From: Octopus bimaculoides
Lineage: Eukaryota
Direction: 5' to 3'
Assembly: GCF_001194135.2 (NCBI RefSeq)
Contig: NC_068997.1
Location: forward strand, 29,317,709 to 29,358,397
DNA length: 40,689 nucleotides
Shown: one piece after another, positions 11,958 to 24,009 of the stretch
Position numbering within the stretch: the stretch's first letter is position 1
Layout of the letters: every line of letters starts with the position of its first letter
Program-made: the position numbers and the translations under genes
Notes under the pieces: model-generated
The model's database searches: none
Told to the model about the DNA's origin: nothing
Seen by the model: only the letters and a program-made list of their open reading frames with translations

Positions 11958-12344
11958 CTTATAAATAGATAAATATAATAATAGATTAAACATTTATATG
12001 ATCACAAGTGTTATTATTACTTACAAAGCAGATGCTGGTATAAATTGTGCTCACAACTGAAGCTTAGAATCACAAGTTATATTTTCTAGCATGCTATTAT
12101 TCATCAAATTACTGATATTTTTGAAATGCTTGTAGCACTAAAATGCCAAGTATTTTAAACTTCAACAGTGTAAGGATATAATTCTTGTTGTGTCTTGGGA
12201 GGATCATTATATGCCAATAATCATTGATGCAATGACCCTCTCAAAGACACAACAGGAGTTGTTTCAATACACAAATTCAATATAATTCTTCTTCGGTTAG
12301 AAACAGAAATTATGAATAATTATGAACCCTGATAGTTAATTAAC

Positions 12345-12610
12345 CTTGGGGAGAGTGATTTTCTTTGCCTCAGTCCTTCCATGGAAGGGCTTTGGGTTGC
12401 CAAATCATCCAAGTCACTTGAGAGGTGGCTGGCCTCAAGTGGAGCAGAAGCTGATTCATAGACACTAACTGGATCAACAGAACTATCCATATGGGACGAC
12501 AAATCCTCAAGGTTTTCCACTGATTTATCGGTTTTGGAAGGGAGTTTATCTTCTGAGAGCAATAAATCTTCAGTTTCCTGCCACTCATCCTTATATTCAT
12601 TGGAGAGAAT
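12345..12610 (-). CDS. ESYT2: E-Syt exon, acidic Ser-rich C2B-C2C linker (ILSNEYKDEWQETEDLLLSEDKLP...MEGLRQRKSLSP-S)
   Basis: Acceptor ttgcttatag, donor AG|gttaat; 266 nt, phase 0 to 2; contains the LRQR motif found before C2C in E-Syt2. Confidence 0.88.
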
Positions 12611-13390
12611 CTATAAGCAAGGAATTTGACAAGATGAGTAACATTTAAAACAGAAACATTTATAATTAAGATCATAAAGAAAAAAAGTAAAAAAAAACAC
12701 ACAAACTGAAATTGCTTAAACAGACATCATTAATGTATAAAAATTGCTGCAATTAATATTTCATCACAAATATTTAATGTGAAAATCTTAAGGGAAAAGG
12801 CACTGATAATATTAAATGAAAAAGTAAAATGGCTGACAGTGGATTACTGCTTTCCTAAGTTCAGAGGTTATGTATAAACACCTTCTCTATATTGACTTCT
12901 ACAGAAATAATATTTTTATTTTCAAAGACAATTTACAATCTCTTGGCATTTGAAGTAACAATTTTTACAAATAGACAAAGTTTCAAGTATTTCTCAAGTA
13001 CACTTGACTCAAGAGTGAAAGGACAATTCTACTAATATATATATATATAAAACAAAGGATAAAATGTTTATAAAACATTTTATCAGTGGCCAGCATATAA
13101 AAAAAGACCAATTATGGTGAAATTATAAATACAAATAAGGGCATAGAAATGAAATTTTCTAGCCAATATGCTGAAAAATAGGTGCCAAATCGTCTCACCA
13201 CATAAGAAGTCACAAATTTATTTCATTTCTACACCCTTATTTATAATTGTGTATGTATGTATGTATATATATATGTGTGTGTATATATATATATATGGCC
13301 CAAAATAACCCATTCCAGCATGGAAGGCAGATGTTGAGTGATGATGATGATGATGAAAAAATAAAAAGATGCTTGAAAATGTTTGCTTAC

Positions 13391-13546
13391 TCGCAAAACT
13401 AGTTGCAATCGAAGTTTCGATGTTGATGTTGAGTCGCCTCCTTTCATATCAAACATTTGGTCTATCGTCATGTCTGTTGCAGAAAGGAGATTTTTCAAAA
13501 GTATTTTGCACTCTCCGATCAGTTTGCTAGTATTTTTATCATAAAC
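13391..13546 (-). CDS. ESYT2: E-Syt exon, end of C2B (VYDKNTSKLIGECKILLKNLLSATDMTIDQMFDMKGGDSTSTSKLRLQLVLR)
   Basis: Acceptor taattacag, donor CGA|gtaagc; 156 nt; LL...DMT..Q.F motif. Confidence 0.95.
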
Positions 13547-13814
13547 CTGTAATTAAACAGAATTTAATTGCAGCTGTCGTTAAAACTGCATGGAAAATTT
13601 ATAACAGTCTGGTCGATACTGTGATAATAAAAGATGAAGGAATTCAGACTCAACTGTGTGGTAATAGAAACATTAAGATACACAGGGAAAGTTTCTATGA
13701 AACACTTCTGATCAAAAAATTTAATACTCTTCAAATTTACAATATTGAGATCAATATCAAAAGGTTTTAGTAAACACCAAACAACCTGTTCTAATTATCA
13801 TAAAAGACACTTAC

Positions 13815-13976
13815 CAAGGCAGTGAGATCTTGAAAGTAAGGATCATGAACAAGAAATCTGAAATTCTCTGCCCATTTGGGATTAATTGTGGAGGTCTGTA
13901 TGTTAGTCTTTTCTTTCTGTTGGCCCAACACCAATTCAACATATGGGCTTGGTTCCATTAATGATTTCTTCGCTTT
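13815..13976 (-). CDS. ESYT2: E-Syt exon, C2B (KAKKSLMEPSPYVELVLGQQKEKTNIQTSTINPKWAENFRFLVHDPYFQDLTAL)
   Basis: Acceptor gttttatttag, donor TTG|gtaagt; 162 nt; P.PYV....G...P.WE..F.F.V..P motif. Confidence 0.95.
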
Positions 13977-14034
13977 CTAAATAAAACAAATATAAACAAA
14001 TATTTCAACAGTTACTTCTGACTATTGATATCAG

Positions 14035-15207
14035 TTAGAGTGTGGAAGCAAGGTCTAGAATCGAAAGGCCTTCGGGTTAACCTAGCAAAAGCCAAAGTCC
14101 TAGTAAGTAGGAAGGCTGACAAATCACAAACCCCTTCTCGATCTGTAAAAAAAAAAGGTATGGGTGGAAACTTCATACAGTATACCTGGTGTAAGTTATG
14201 GACACATAAAAGGTGCAGCAATATCAAAGGAAGGTTAACCGGGAAGATAGATTTTGTGTGTGACAGATGCACAGGGGCAATAAACACTGAAGATGTACAG
14301 AAGACAGATTCCATCACACACCAGGGGAAAAAACTAGAAGTAGTTGATAGCTTCTGCTACATAGGTAACCAAGTTTGTAGTGGGGGTGGATGCTCTGAGA
14401 GTGTAGCAGTTAGAATAAGAATAACCTGGGCAAAGTTCAGAGAGCTCCTACGTCCGCTGGCAACTAAGGGCCTCTCGCTCAGGATGAAAGGTACACTGTA
14501 TGATGCATGTGTGTGAACTGCCATACTACACGGCAGTGAAACATGGGCCATGACTGCTGAGGACATGCACAGGCTTGAAAGAAATGAAGATAGTATGATC
14601 TGCTGAATGTGTAATGTCAGTGTGTATATACGACAGAGTGCGAATGCCCTGAGAGAAAAGTTGGACAGAAGAAGCATCAGATGTGGTGTGCAAGAGAGAT
14701 GACTGTGCTGGTATGGTCGTGTGTTACATATGGATGAGGACAGCTGTGTGAGGAAGTGCCACACCCTAACTGTGGAAGGAACCTGTGGAAGAGGTAGATC
14801 CAGGAAGACATGGGACGAGGTGGTGAAGCATGACCTTTGAATGTTCGACCTGACAGAGGCAATGACAGGAGACCAAGACCTTTGGAGATATGCTGTGACT
14901 GAGAAGACCCAGCAATTAAAGTGAGATCACAGCCATGGCCGATGCCAGTGTTGCATGTCCAGCCCATTTAAGAGTACCCTTGATGTGTCAGGCAATATAT
15001 GATATACTTGAGAAGACCTGTTGAGTCAAGTAGAACCAAAATCATAACTGTGGTCAGTGCCACCTGACTGGCTCCCGTTCTGGTGGCACATAAAATGCAT
15101 CATCCGAACGTGGTTGATGCCATGTTCCTCTGACTGACTCTCATGCTGGTGGTACATAAAAGCACCATCCAAACATGGCCGATGCCAGTGCACCTTGACT
15201 GGCTCAC
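14035..15207 (+). mobile_element. 5'-truncated, inactivated RTE-clade LINE (C-terminal ORF region 14035-14924 plus partial 3' UTR)
   Basis: Translation WKQGLESKGLRVNLAKAK...LEVVDSFCYIG...RIRITWAKFRELL...LHGSETW...WYGRVLHM...GRGRSRKTWDEVV matches RTE post-RT motifs, with four in-frame stops; antisense to the host gene. Confidence 0.92.
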
Positions 15208-15727
15208 GTAACAGAGTAATCTGAATGCTAAACAGTTAAATACTACAAAATTTTCAATTGGTTTCTTTTCCTGAATGGACTATTTACATGGAGGGAAACA
15301 CACACACACACGCGCGCCCGAAATCTAATAATCAACTTACAGGTAAATCTTTGGCAGAATCAACACATGCCATCAAGATACAGCTTGATAAATTTTCTGA
15401 GTTGTTTGATTCACTCTTCATCTGTTTCAAAGCCTGGAAAAAACAAATATAATACAAATGTTAGAGTATCATTCTTAAAAAAAAAAAAATTTCATATAGA
15501 GAATAAGTTACCATTGGATAGTTTGGGGTTTAAAGTGGGGCTAAAAATTAATGTTTGATCACTATGCCTTGTATGATAAACAATAAAAGTACCTCTGACC
15601 TATTATTACTGCTATCATCCTCCTCGTGATATTGATGTTTGATAGACACAGATTTTATTGAACAATAATTTCTCTCTTCCAGTTTTTATATTCATTTTTC
15701 AGGACTACTTTTTATATTCTTTCATAA

Positions 15728-16133
15728 GTTTCAGTCATCTGACTGCGGCCATGCTGGAGCACCGCCTTTAGTCATGCGAACTGACATTGGGACTTATTCT
15801 TTGTAAGCCTAGTACTTATTCTATTGGTCTCTTTTGCCGAACCACTAAGTTACGGGGACATAAACACACCAACATCAATTGTCAAGCGATAAAGGGGGGG
15901 ACAAACACTGATACACAAACATATACATATATATATACATGTATATACATATATATATACATGTATATATACAATGAGCTTCTTTCAGTTTCCGTCTACC
16001 AAATCCACTCACAAGGCTTTGGTCAGCCTGAGGCTATAGTAGAAGACACTTGCACAAGGTGCCACGCTGTGAGACTGAACCCAGGACCACGTGGTTGGTA
16101 AGCAAGGTACTTACCACACAGCCACTCCTGCAC
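15728..16133 (-). mobile_element. tRNA-derived SINE family B, near full length with an internal (TA/CA)n
   Basis: Head ggagtggctgtgtggtaag...gggttcagtc and tail ccagcatggccgcagtcagatgactgaaac on the minus strand; same family as 37836-38117. Confidence 0.88.
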
Positions 16134-16340
16134 CTACAATTTACTTTTCAGCTAAAACTCTTTTAATTTAATTACTATGATCTGAATGGGGGGGGGGGAG
16201 CTTTTAGCCCTTTCAGGCTCTGGCAGGTGAATAAGGTTGATATGAAGTTCTACAAGTAAACATTTCAAGAGTGAAAGAAAGAGGTGGGTGGGTAGACGTG
16301 GGGGTGGTGGATAAACACGGGTAGAAAAGCTGGTTCAAAA

Positions 16341-16456
16341 NNNNNNNNNNNNNNNNNNNNNNNNNNNNNNNNNNNNNNNNNNNNNNNNNNNNNNNNNNNN
16401 NNNNNNNNNNNNNNNNNNNNNNNNNNNNNNNNNNNNNNNNNNNNNNNNNNNNNNNT
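16341..16456. other. Assembly gap (N)
   Basis: Run of N. Confidence 1.
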
Positions 16457-16550
16457 TCGGAGATGGTTGAAGCACTGGATAAAAGAGATGGAATGGTATT
16501 TCAATTTGGATGGCAATGGATCAATACTTGTAGGAGTTTACAAGGTACAA

Positions 16551-16718
16551 AAGGAATGGCTGTGTGGTTAAGAAGCTTGCTCTGGAATCACATGGTCTTC
16601 GGTTCAGTCCCACTGCACAGTACCTTGCACAAGTGTTTTCTGCTGTAGCCCTGGCCAAAAAATGCTTAGAAAGTGAATTTGGTAGATGGAAACAAGGTGG
16701 AAGCCTGCCATATACAAA

Positions 16719-16720
<2 letters not shown>
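16551..16720 (+). mobile_element. SINE family B, degraded 5' half, followed by (GA)n to 16762
   Basis: ggaatggctgtgtggttaagaagcttgc...ggttcagtcccactgc...ggtagatggaaac. Confidence 0.75.
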
Positions 16721-16766
<46 letters not shown>

Positions 16767-18404
16767 CTGGTGGCCTAGTGGTTATAGTGTTGCATTCATG
16801 AGGTTTGATTCCCAGAACCGGGTGGTGCACTGTGTTCTTGAGCGAAACGCTTCATTCCATGTTGTCCCAGTGCACCTGCAATGGGTTGGTGTTCCATTCT
16901 AAGGAAAATGTTGGCCTATCAGGCCAATGAAGTGGCATCTTAGGAAAGCTAAAACAAAGCAAGGAAGTGCATTGTGACCAGTGGCATGTAACAACAACTG
17001 ATAGTCTGGTTGATACCTGGAAGCCCTTCCTGTCACCAAAGAAAAAAAAAACCGTAGGCATCGGATTTTACTGCAAACAGTCTTTTCTAGATACATGTTC
17101 AACACATATCTTGTGTAAGGTGGAAGACAAAAAATAATGAATGACCAGTTGACATCAGAAGCATTCTGCCATTGTATTAAAAACAATCCAACACACGATT
17201 TCACATCAAAAATCTTGCAAAATAAATATATAAACGGAATCCAACAAATGTTTTATAGAAATCATATTTTGACAAAATGAGTCAATATCACTTTTATTGT
17301 TTATCATTTTAATTAGCAATAATTTTAGCAATGTTAGGTAAATAGAGACAATGCTAAAACATAGCAGCTACTACAAGCTAAGTTAACTAACAGTTATTCA
17401 TTCTCTAAATATTCAACCAGCTTTCATTAATTTCAAAATTTAAATATAAGAAATATTGAACTAGTTAAAAATTATATTCATATTTTTTTAAAATTTAATC
17501 TTTTAACAACGATTTTAAAGATTGCTTTAATTATCAGCTTTTATAAGTATTAAAGTTAGGGACATTTAAAGTGAAAGAAAAGGTTTTTTTTTTCTCTGCC
17601 AAATCAATTCAATGTTACCATATACGAGAAACTGTAAAGAAATCCTCATCTAGACACGACAGACCCAACCATAAAAGGAAGAAGAAGAAGGAATAAAACT
17701 CCATGCATCACCCTCAAATCACCAAATCAAAATGTTCACAACTGTACAAAAATACCTGGTGCTGATAAAATTAAAATCAAGGAACTAACAGCCAACAGTC
17801 ATTAAACACTGCCTGTTGTGTTAATAAGTATCTGTTAGTAATTGAATAATACAATACGATATACAGCTCACAGCTCATGCAGCAGATCACATCTTGAATC
17901 AAAAGTTAAGTTGTTGTCAAACCAGGTACAATTTAACAAGTTTCAATAATGAAGGAAATTTTCACTAACTTTGTTTATCAATAAATGTTTTTATCCAAAA
18001 ATTCTCCCTACTTGGCCAAATGAATGAAGGATTTATTTATATAATGAATTCTAAAGACAATGTGGAATATAACAGCATATATAAAATTTTTATTTATAAT
18101 TAAGAAACTTTTATGAGGACATAGCTGGGAAGTAATTAGATAATTTGGTATTAAATGTTCTTTTGAAAGCTCTAATTAAATATTTTCATTATATATGCAA
18201 TTATTTCCGTTGTGGATCATAGCAGCTATGCAACTCTAAAGTGGTATGTTGCTGTTCTGACGAGTGGTCTGCAGTAACAGCATTAACACCCGGCCTGCTG
18301 CAGCACTAAATTATTTAAGCAGGACCAAAGCTCATTCTTACAATTCAACACTAAATGTTACATCTTTTCAAAGTTTGTACCTTCTTTGATTTTGCTATTG
18401 TTTA

Positions 18405-18650
18405 GTTCCATGTCAACTGTTATCAAAGGGACTTACGATCGAGAGTTCCAACTGGGACCATTCCATCTATTTTTTTTTTAAGCCTTCCATATCTAAGACA
18501 TGACTTTTGTGTAGAGGCAAACTCTACACAGCTTTGTAAATGTCTTTGACTTGTTAAATAAAGTACCAATATGACTGGGTATTAGAGGCTGGCTGAAGAA
18601 TTTTGGTGGAGGCCATGCTGTAGCTAGCTTATTTGTTTTATGGTGATTTA
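18405..18650 (-). mobile_element. Degraded family F repeat
   Basis: Reverse complement similarity to the ggatggtcac..ctggaa...gatcata segment. Confidence 0.45.
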
Positions 18651-21224
18651 TCTGGTCAATTTACGTTTAGTTTGGAATCATTTTTATACGATAACATGAG
18701 AATATTTGATTTATTTTAATTATGTTACACAGAAATTAATTAATTAATTATTTTATTAAGTAAAATAATAAAATATATTAAATTAACTTTTTTAGTAAAA
18801 TACAAGAATATTACAGGTTTTATTATTACAAAATATTTTATCTAAATTATTTAGGTGGTAAAAACAGACATTTTTTTTTTTAGTTAATCTAATTTTAATA
18901 AGAAAAAACATTTTTTTGATTAAAAAAATGTTTTTTTGTTTTTTTGTTTTTTTTGAGTAAAATTATTCAATATTTTTCAACAAAGGTTATTCATAAAAAA
19001 AAATCAATTAAGCTAATTAATGAGCTCAAAGTATTCTAGATGGTCCTGTTACTTTGAAAGAATAGTCTTTTTTTTAAAAAAAAATGCAGCATAACATTTT
19101 AATTTTCATAGCAACTGCAATTTACAAACTACCAACAACTCAATTATTTTCTTGTAAAAATTAGCCTCAAAATATCTTCCAAAAAGACCAACAAACTTGA
19201 TGTCTAAGGCCAAAATTCATGTTAGTGTCTACCTGAAATTCAGCTCAGAACCAGAAATGGACATATCAATATACAGCTCCAAGCAGCAGCCTAGCTTATC
19301 TGATCTTATTACACAGGTTTATGAACAGGGGTCTCCTTTCTCTTCTTAAATCAAAGGTTTTTATGACAAGATCAACTAAACCAAATCAAAGTGCTTTTGT
19401 GAAGATACTGCAATCATGTGCTACAGAATCAATAATTGCTCAGAATCCAGGCTCAAGAAGTACTAATATCATGTTCAAAATTGTGAAAAAGTCTCTGAGA
19501 GGCCAAGATTGAATCATTAATGTCAGGGGGATGTATGTTCTTTAATGGATCAATAGTTCTTGTAATTATTAATATTACAATTCTTTAAACTGCTGACATA
19601 TTTGGAGAATGAAACAGTAAGGAATCTTTCTAAGTGTCTACTGTATAGACATGTTGTGAGAATCAGCTTTTGAAAAAATTATTAGTAAACCCTATACAGC
19701 TTTTTATTGTATTGTCATATGCAACACAGAACTTGGCATAGAGTAGCATTTCCAATGGATTCGTACCATTGAGAGGACAGACATTAGGGTTGTTGAAATT
19801 ACAGAAAAGAATTTTGTATGTTCCTACTAGAAAGGGGTTTTTTTTCTATTTATAATGGCTGAGGAAATTGTAGGTGTAACTGCAGCTCCCCCAACTATTT
19901 TTTATTAAAAGTATTACAATATCTACAGTCTATGAGAAAATGCTGGTAACGTTCGAATGAACATTTAAATGAGAGAGAGGACTGCATAATATAATATTGG
20001 TTTTTATTTTGTGCATTTATAAAGATTAGTGCTATTTTTGAATGTATTGTATTCAGAACCAATTGTATTTAATGAGTCATTGTAATAATGAGAAATATAA
20101 TTAAAGGATTTCTTATCAAAGATCACATAGATATACACTTACTAATATTATTAATGAATAATTTTAAGATTATTGAAGGACAGTTGGAATTTATATTGAT
20201 GTACAGTAAATTCTCATTACATTTACAATAAGGGCAACATTTAGAGTACTTTAATCTAGAGTTGTATCCCAAAACTTAACTATGCTTGGATTTGTATCCA
20301 ACACTTTGAATATGTTGCTGAACTCCTTTATCACTGCATCTGTTGTATGTACTTCAAAAACTGAATGGCCCATCATCATATCAAAGACCAAACTCTGTAG
20401 AACAGCATCACTTCTGAAGCAGGTAGGATACATTTGGTAAGCAATAAAATCTTGATTTACTGTTTTTGATATTTCTACAAATGTTTGTTTATATATTGTC
20501 ATGCTGCTTCCCTCCCTCACTTCAATTGCTTGTACAACTGGAATTGTTAAACTAAAAATTATAATTTAAAAATTTTTAGTTTCTTATAAGGAAGAAAGGA
20601 TAGTCTGTCTGTGTGTCTAAGACAGAGAAAGAATTTTTTTTTTTGTTTAGTCCAACAACGTTGCTACAGTATGCAGTATACACAGTGTATAGCTGAAAGA
20701 CAGGTTATCGAATTGAATGAAATACTTCAATCATTATCACATATTGCAATGTAAAGAAATATCACCTCAGATTTAAGATTGCCTTTTGAGGAAATAATTT
20801 CAGATTTTAGCTGTATGCTTTATGAAATATCCCCTTGAGTCACTTTCATGTAGTCTACCGAGTAGTTATATATAATTGAAGAAAGTGGTTTCTTTCCTAA
20901 ACTTTAACGAGTTTTGTTCTTATTTTTGTTAGATAATCCTCAAATATTTTTAAATGAATACTTTTCAATATTTTTACAATGAAAGATGAAAGGAATAATA
21001 TCAGGAATTGGACTCACAACAATAGAAATATTTAGTACAAAAATTGACTGCTACCACAGCTACCCTGAAAAACTTCTGTAGAAATAAAGTGAAATAGCAG
21101 AAGTCAACACCATACTTAGCACAAACCTCCACCAAGGCAACACCAACGTCCTTTCAACGATTAGCCAGAGATGATGTTTAAAATAAGAATATCTGAAATA
21201 GACTCAATTGCTCTCACAAATAAG

Positions 21225-21465
21225 AATACTAAAAATGAACCCGACTGCTCTCAAAAGTTAAAAAAAAAAAAAAAGGAAAAATAATCCAGAATCCTTCTCT
21301 GGTACCTGATCGATCCCAAAATCTTATCAGTTTGTGCCAGTCAAGAGGCCAAACATCCCTGAAAGTTTCATCTGAATCCATCCAGCAGTTCTTGAGATAT
21401 TTTGTCCATGGACAAACAAACAAACTGAAAACAATACCTCCACCTTCGCTAAAGTGGAGGTAATA
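21225..21465 (+). mobile_element. Non-autonomous Helentron/HINE-like element
   Basis: Internal gaaagtttcatctgaatccatccagcagttcttgagatat, an (AAAC)n microsatellite and a terminal hairpin TACCTCCACCTT-cgct-AAAGTGGAGGTA (21435-21462). This layout is typical of Helentron-associated elements. Confidence 0.55.
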
Positions 21466-22662
21466 AATTATAGTTTAACAGTTTTTGAGTACAAATTCTA
21501 CCATGAGAAAATTTCAGTTTCTCTTTTTACCTAAGAAATCAAACTATAATGTTATAATAGGAATATGAAGTTCCAGGTCAGCTTTAGTGTCAACATTGCT
21601 ACTTATCTGCTTCAAGGTTATGTCACCAAAGTTTACTGCAGCGACCCTACAACACCAAAATTACCTCTTTCAGAGAAAAGATGCATTATTTCATTTCCGT
21701 GTCCTATTGTTAATATATATTGAAACCAAGGTTAAAAATGTCTATTCCCTCAAAACAATTTTGATGAAAATTAACAAAGATGTTCTCAGAAAGGAAGATA
21801 GTACATTCATTAGAATACATAACATCATAAGCTAGAGTAATCAATTTTATAATCTCGTTTCACAACCAGCAAAAGATTCTCTGGTGGAAGATAAAAATCA
21901 CTGAGACACACAAAAGCAGTGAGTTTAAGGTGATGTACAACTGACCATAGAACGAGTGAAGAATCTGGAATTGAAAATTGAATATACATTGCTGAAAGCA
22001 GAGAAGAGCTCTACAAGTCTGCTAGTGGGTTCAATATCAAACAGCAGCTTCAGAAGCAACAAATGACATTCAGTGTACAGTGCTAAATAACAGAAGCCAT
22101 CATAATATATACATATACATATATATATATATGCACACACGTATGCACACACAAAACTGATGAAAATGATACAGAAAATATATTTCAGACAAGATTCTAT
22201 CTAAAAATGTTTATTATCTAGAGAATGATTGGTAGCAGCAAAAGAATTATTTTCATAAAAGGCACTAATACCTGAAGATACTTTTGAAAAATATTTCCCT
22301 GATTTTTTTTTTCTTTTTTAACCAAGATTTTTTTAACGATACCAAGTAGAAAAACTGAGCAGAGAATAATTTTTCTTTCATCCAGAGACTGAGAAATATC
22401 CTTTTCCAAATTTAGTTATAATGATATTTTAGAAGATAACGCAGGATACAAAACATTAACGTTTCATATTTAGTTCAAGAAATTTTCGAACTTTTAGACA
22501 TTTCATTGTATCAAATTACTGAGATATATATAGACCTATAATAATTAATAATAAAGTTTGAAGATATAAGTTAATAATTGCAAAATAATGGTGGGAAATT
22601 AGCATAAAGCAGTTGCAAAAAAGAAAAAACGAAAAACAAAGAAAAACAAAACAAAACAAAAC

Positions 22663-23416
22663 NNNNNNNNNNNNNNNNNNNNNNNNNNNNNNNNNNNNNN
22701 NNNNNNNNNNNNNNNNNNNNNNNNNNNNNNNNNNNNNNNNNNNNNNNNNNNNNNNNNNNNNNNNNNNNNNNNNNNNNNNNNNNNNNNNNNNNNNNNNNNN
22801 NNNNNNNNNNNNNNNNNNNNNNNNNNNNNNNNNNNNNNNNNNNNNNNNNNNNNNNNNNNNNNNNNNNNNNNNNNNNNNNNNNNNNNNNNNNNNNNNNNNN
22901 NNNNNNNNNNNNNNNNNNNNNNNNNNNNNNNNNNNNNNNNNNNNNNNNNNNNNNNNNNNNNNNNNNNNNNNNNNNNNNNNNNNNNNNNNNNNNNNNNNNN
23001 NNNNNNNNNNNNNNNNNNNNNNNNNNNNNNNNNNNNNNNNNNNNNNNNNNNNNNNNNNNNNNNNNNNNNNNNNNNNNNNNNNNNNNNNNNNNNNNNNNNN
23101 NNNNNNNNNNNNNNNNNNNNNNNNNNNNNNNNNNNNNNNNNNNNNNNNNNNNNNNNNNNNNNNNNNNNNNNNNNNNNNNNNNNNNNNNNNNNNNNNNNNN
23201 NNNNNNNNNNNNNNNNNNNNNNNNNNNNNNNNNNNNNNNNNNNNNNNNNNNNNNNNNNNNNNNNNNNNNNNNNNNNNNNNNNNNNNNNNNNNNNNNNNNN
23301 NNNNNNNNNNNNNNNNNNNNNNNNNNNNNNNNNNNNNNNNNNNNNNNNNNNNNNNNNNNNNNNNNNNNNNNNNNNNNNNNNNNNNNNNNNNNNNNNNNNN
23401 NNNNNNNNNNNNNNNN
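22663..23416. other. Assembly gap (N)
   Basis: Run of N. Confidence 1.
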
Positions 23417-23503
23417 ATCTATAATCTCCTGAACAAATTTATTTTGAATTGATATGATTTATAAACCATGACAAAAGCTTAGCATCCAGTAGGAGCTTTT
23501 ACA

Positions 23504-23732
23504 TTGGGTTAGTGCATAATTATTGCGGCTTTTTTTCAACAAATTTTATTCAACAAAAACATCTTCAAATGATTATTCCAACAGGCTGCCAAGCAAATGG
23601 GAAGCAGTAATTGAAGTAGATGGTGAATATGCTCCAGAATAATCATTTAAAGATGTTTTGTTACATGTTGTTATTGTTTTTGTTGAATAAAATTTGTTGA
23701 AAAAAAGCTGCAATAATTATGCACCAACCCAA
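23504..23732 (+). mobile_element. Mariner-derived MITE, copy 1
   Basis: Long TIRs TTGGGTT.GTGCATAATTATTGCGGCTTTTTTCAACAAATTTTATTCAACAAA; TA at the right flank; internal RLPSKWEAVIEVDGEYAPE* matches a mariner transposase C-terminus. Confidence 0.85.
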
Positions 23733-23780
23733 TACATATATGTAGGTATGTATGTAAACATATATGTAGGTATGTATGTA

Positions 23781-24009
23781 TTGGGTTTGTGCATAATTAT
23801 TGCGGCTTTTTTCAACAAATTTTATTCAACAAAGACAATAACAATATTTAACAAAAACATCTTTACATGACGGTCTGACCATCTGCCAAGCAAATGGGAA
23901 GCAGTAATTGAAGTAGATGGTGAATACGCTCCGGAAAAATCATTTTTTTTTTTTTTTTTGTTGAATAAAATTTGTTGAAAAAAGATGCAATAATTATGTA
24001 CCAACCCAA
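23781..24009 (+). mobile_element. Mariner-derived MITE, copy 2
   Basis: Same TIRs, TA on both sides, internal HLPSKWEAVIEVDGEYAPE. Confidence 0.85.
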
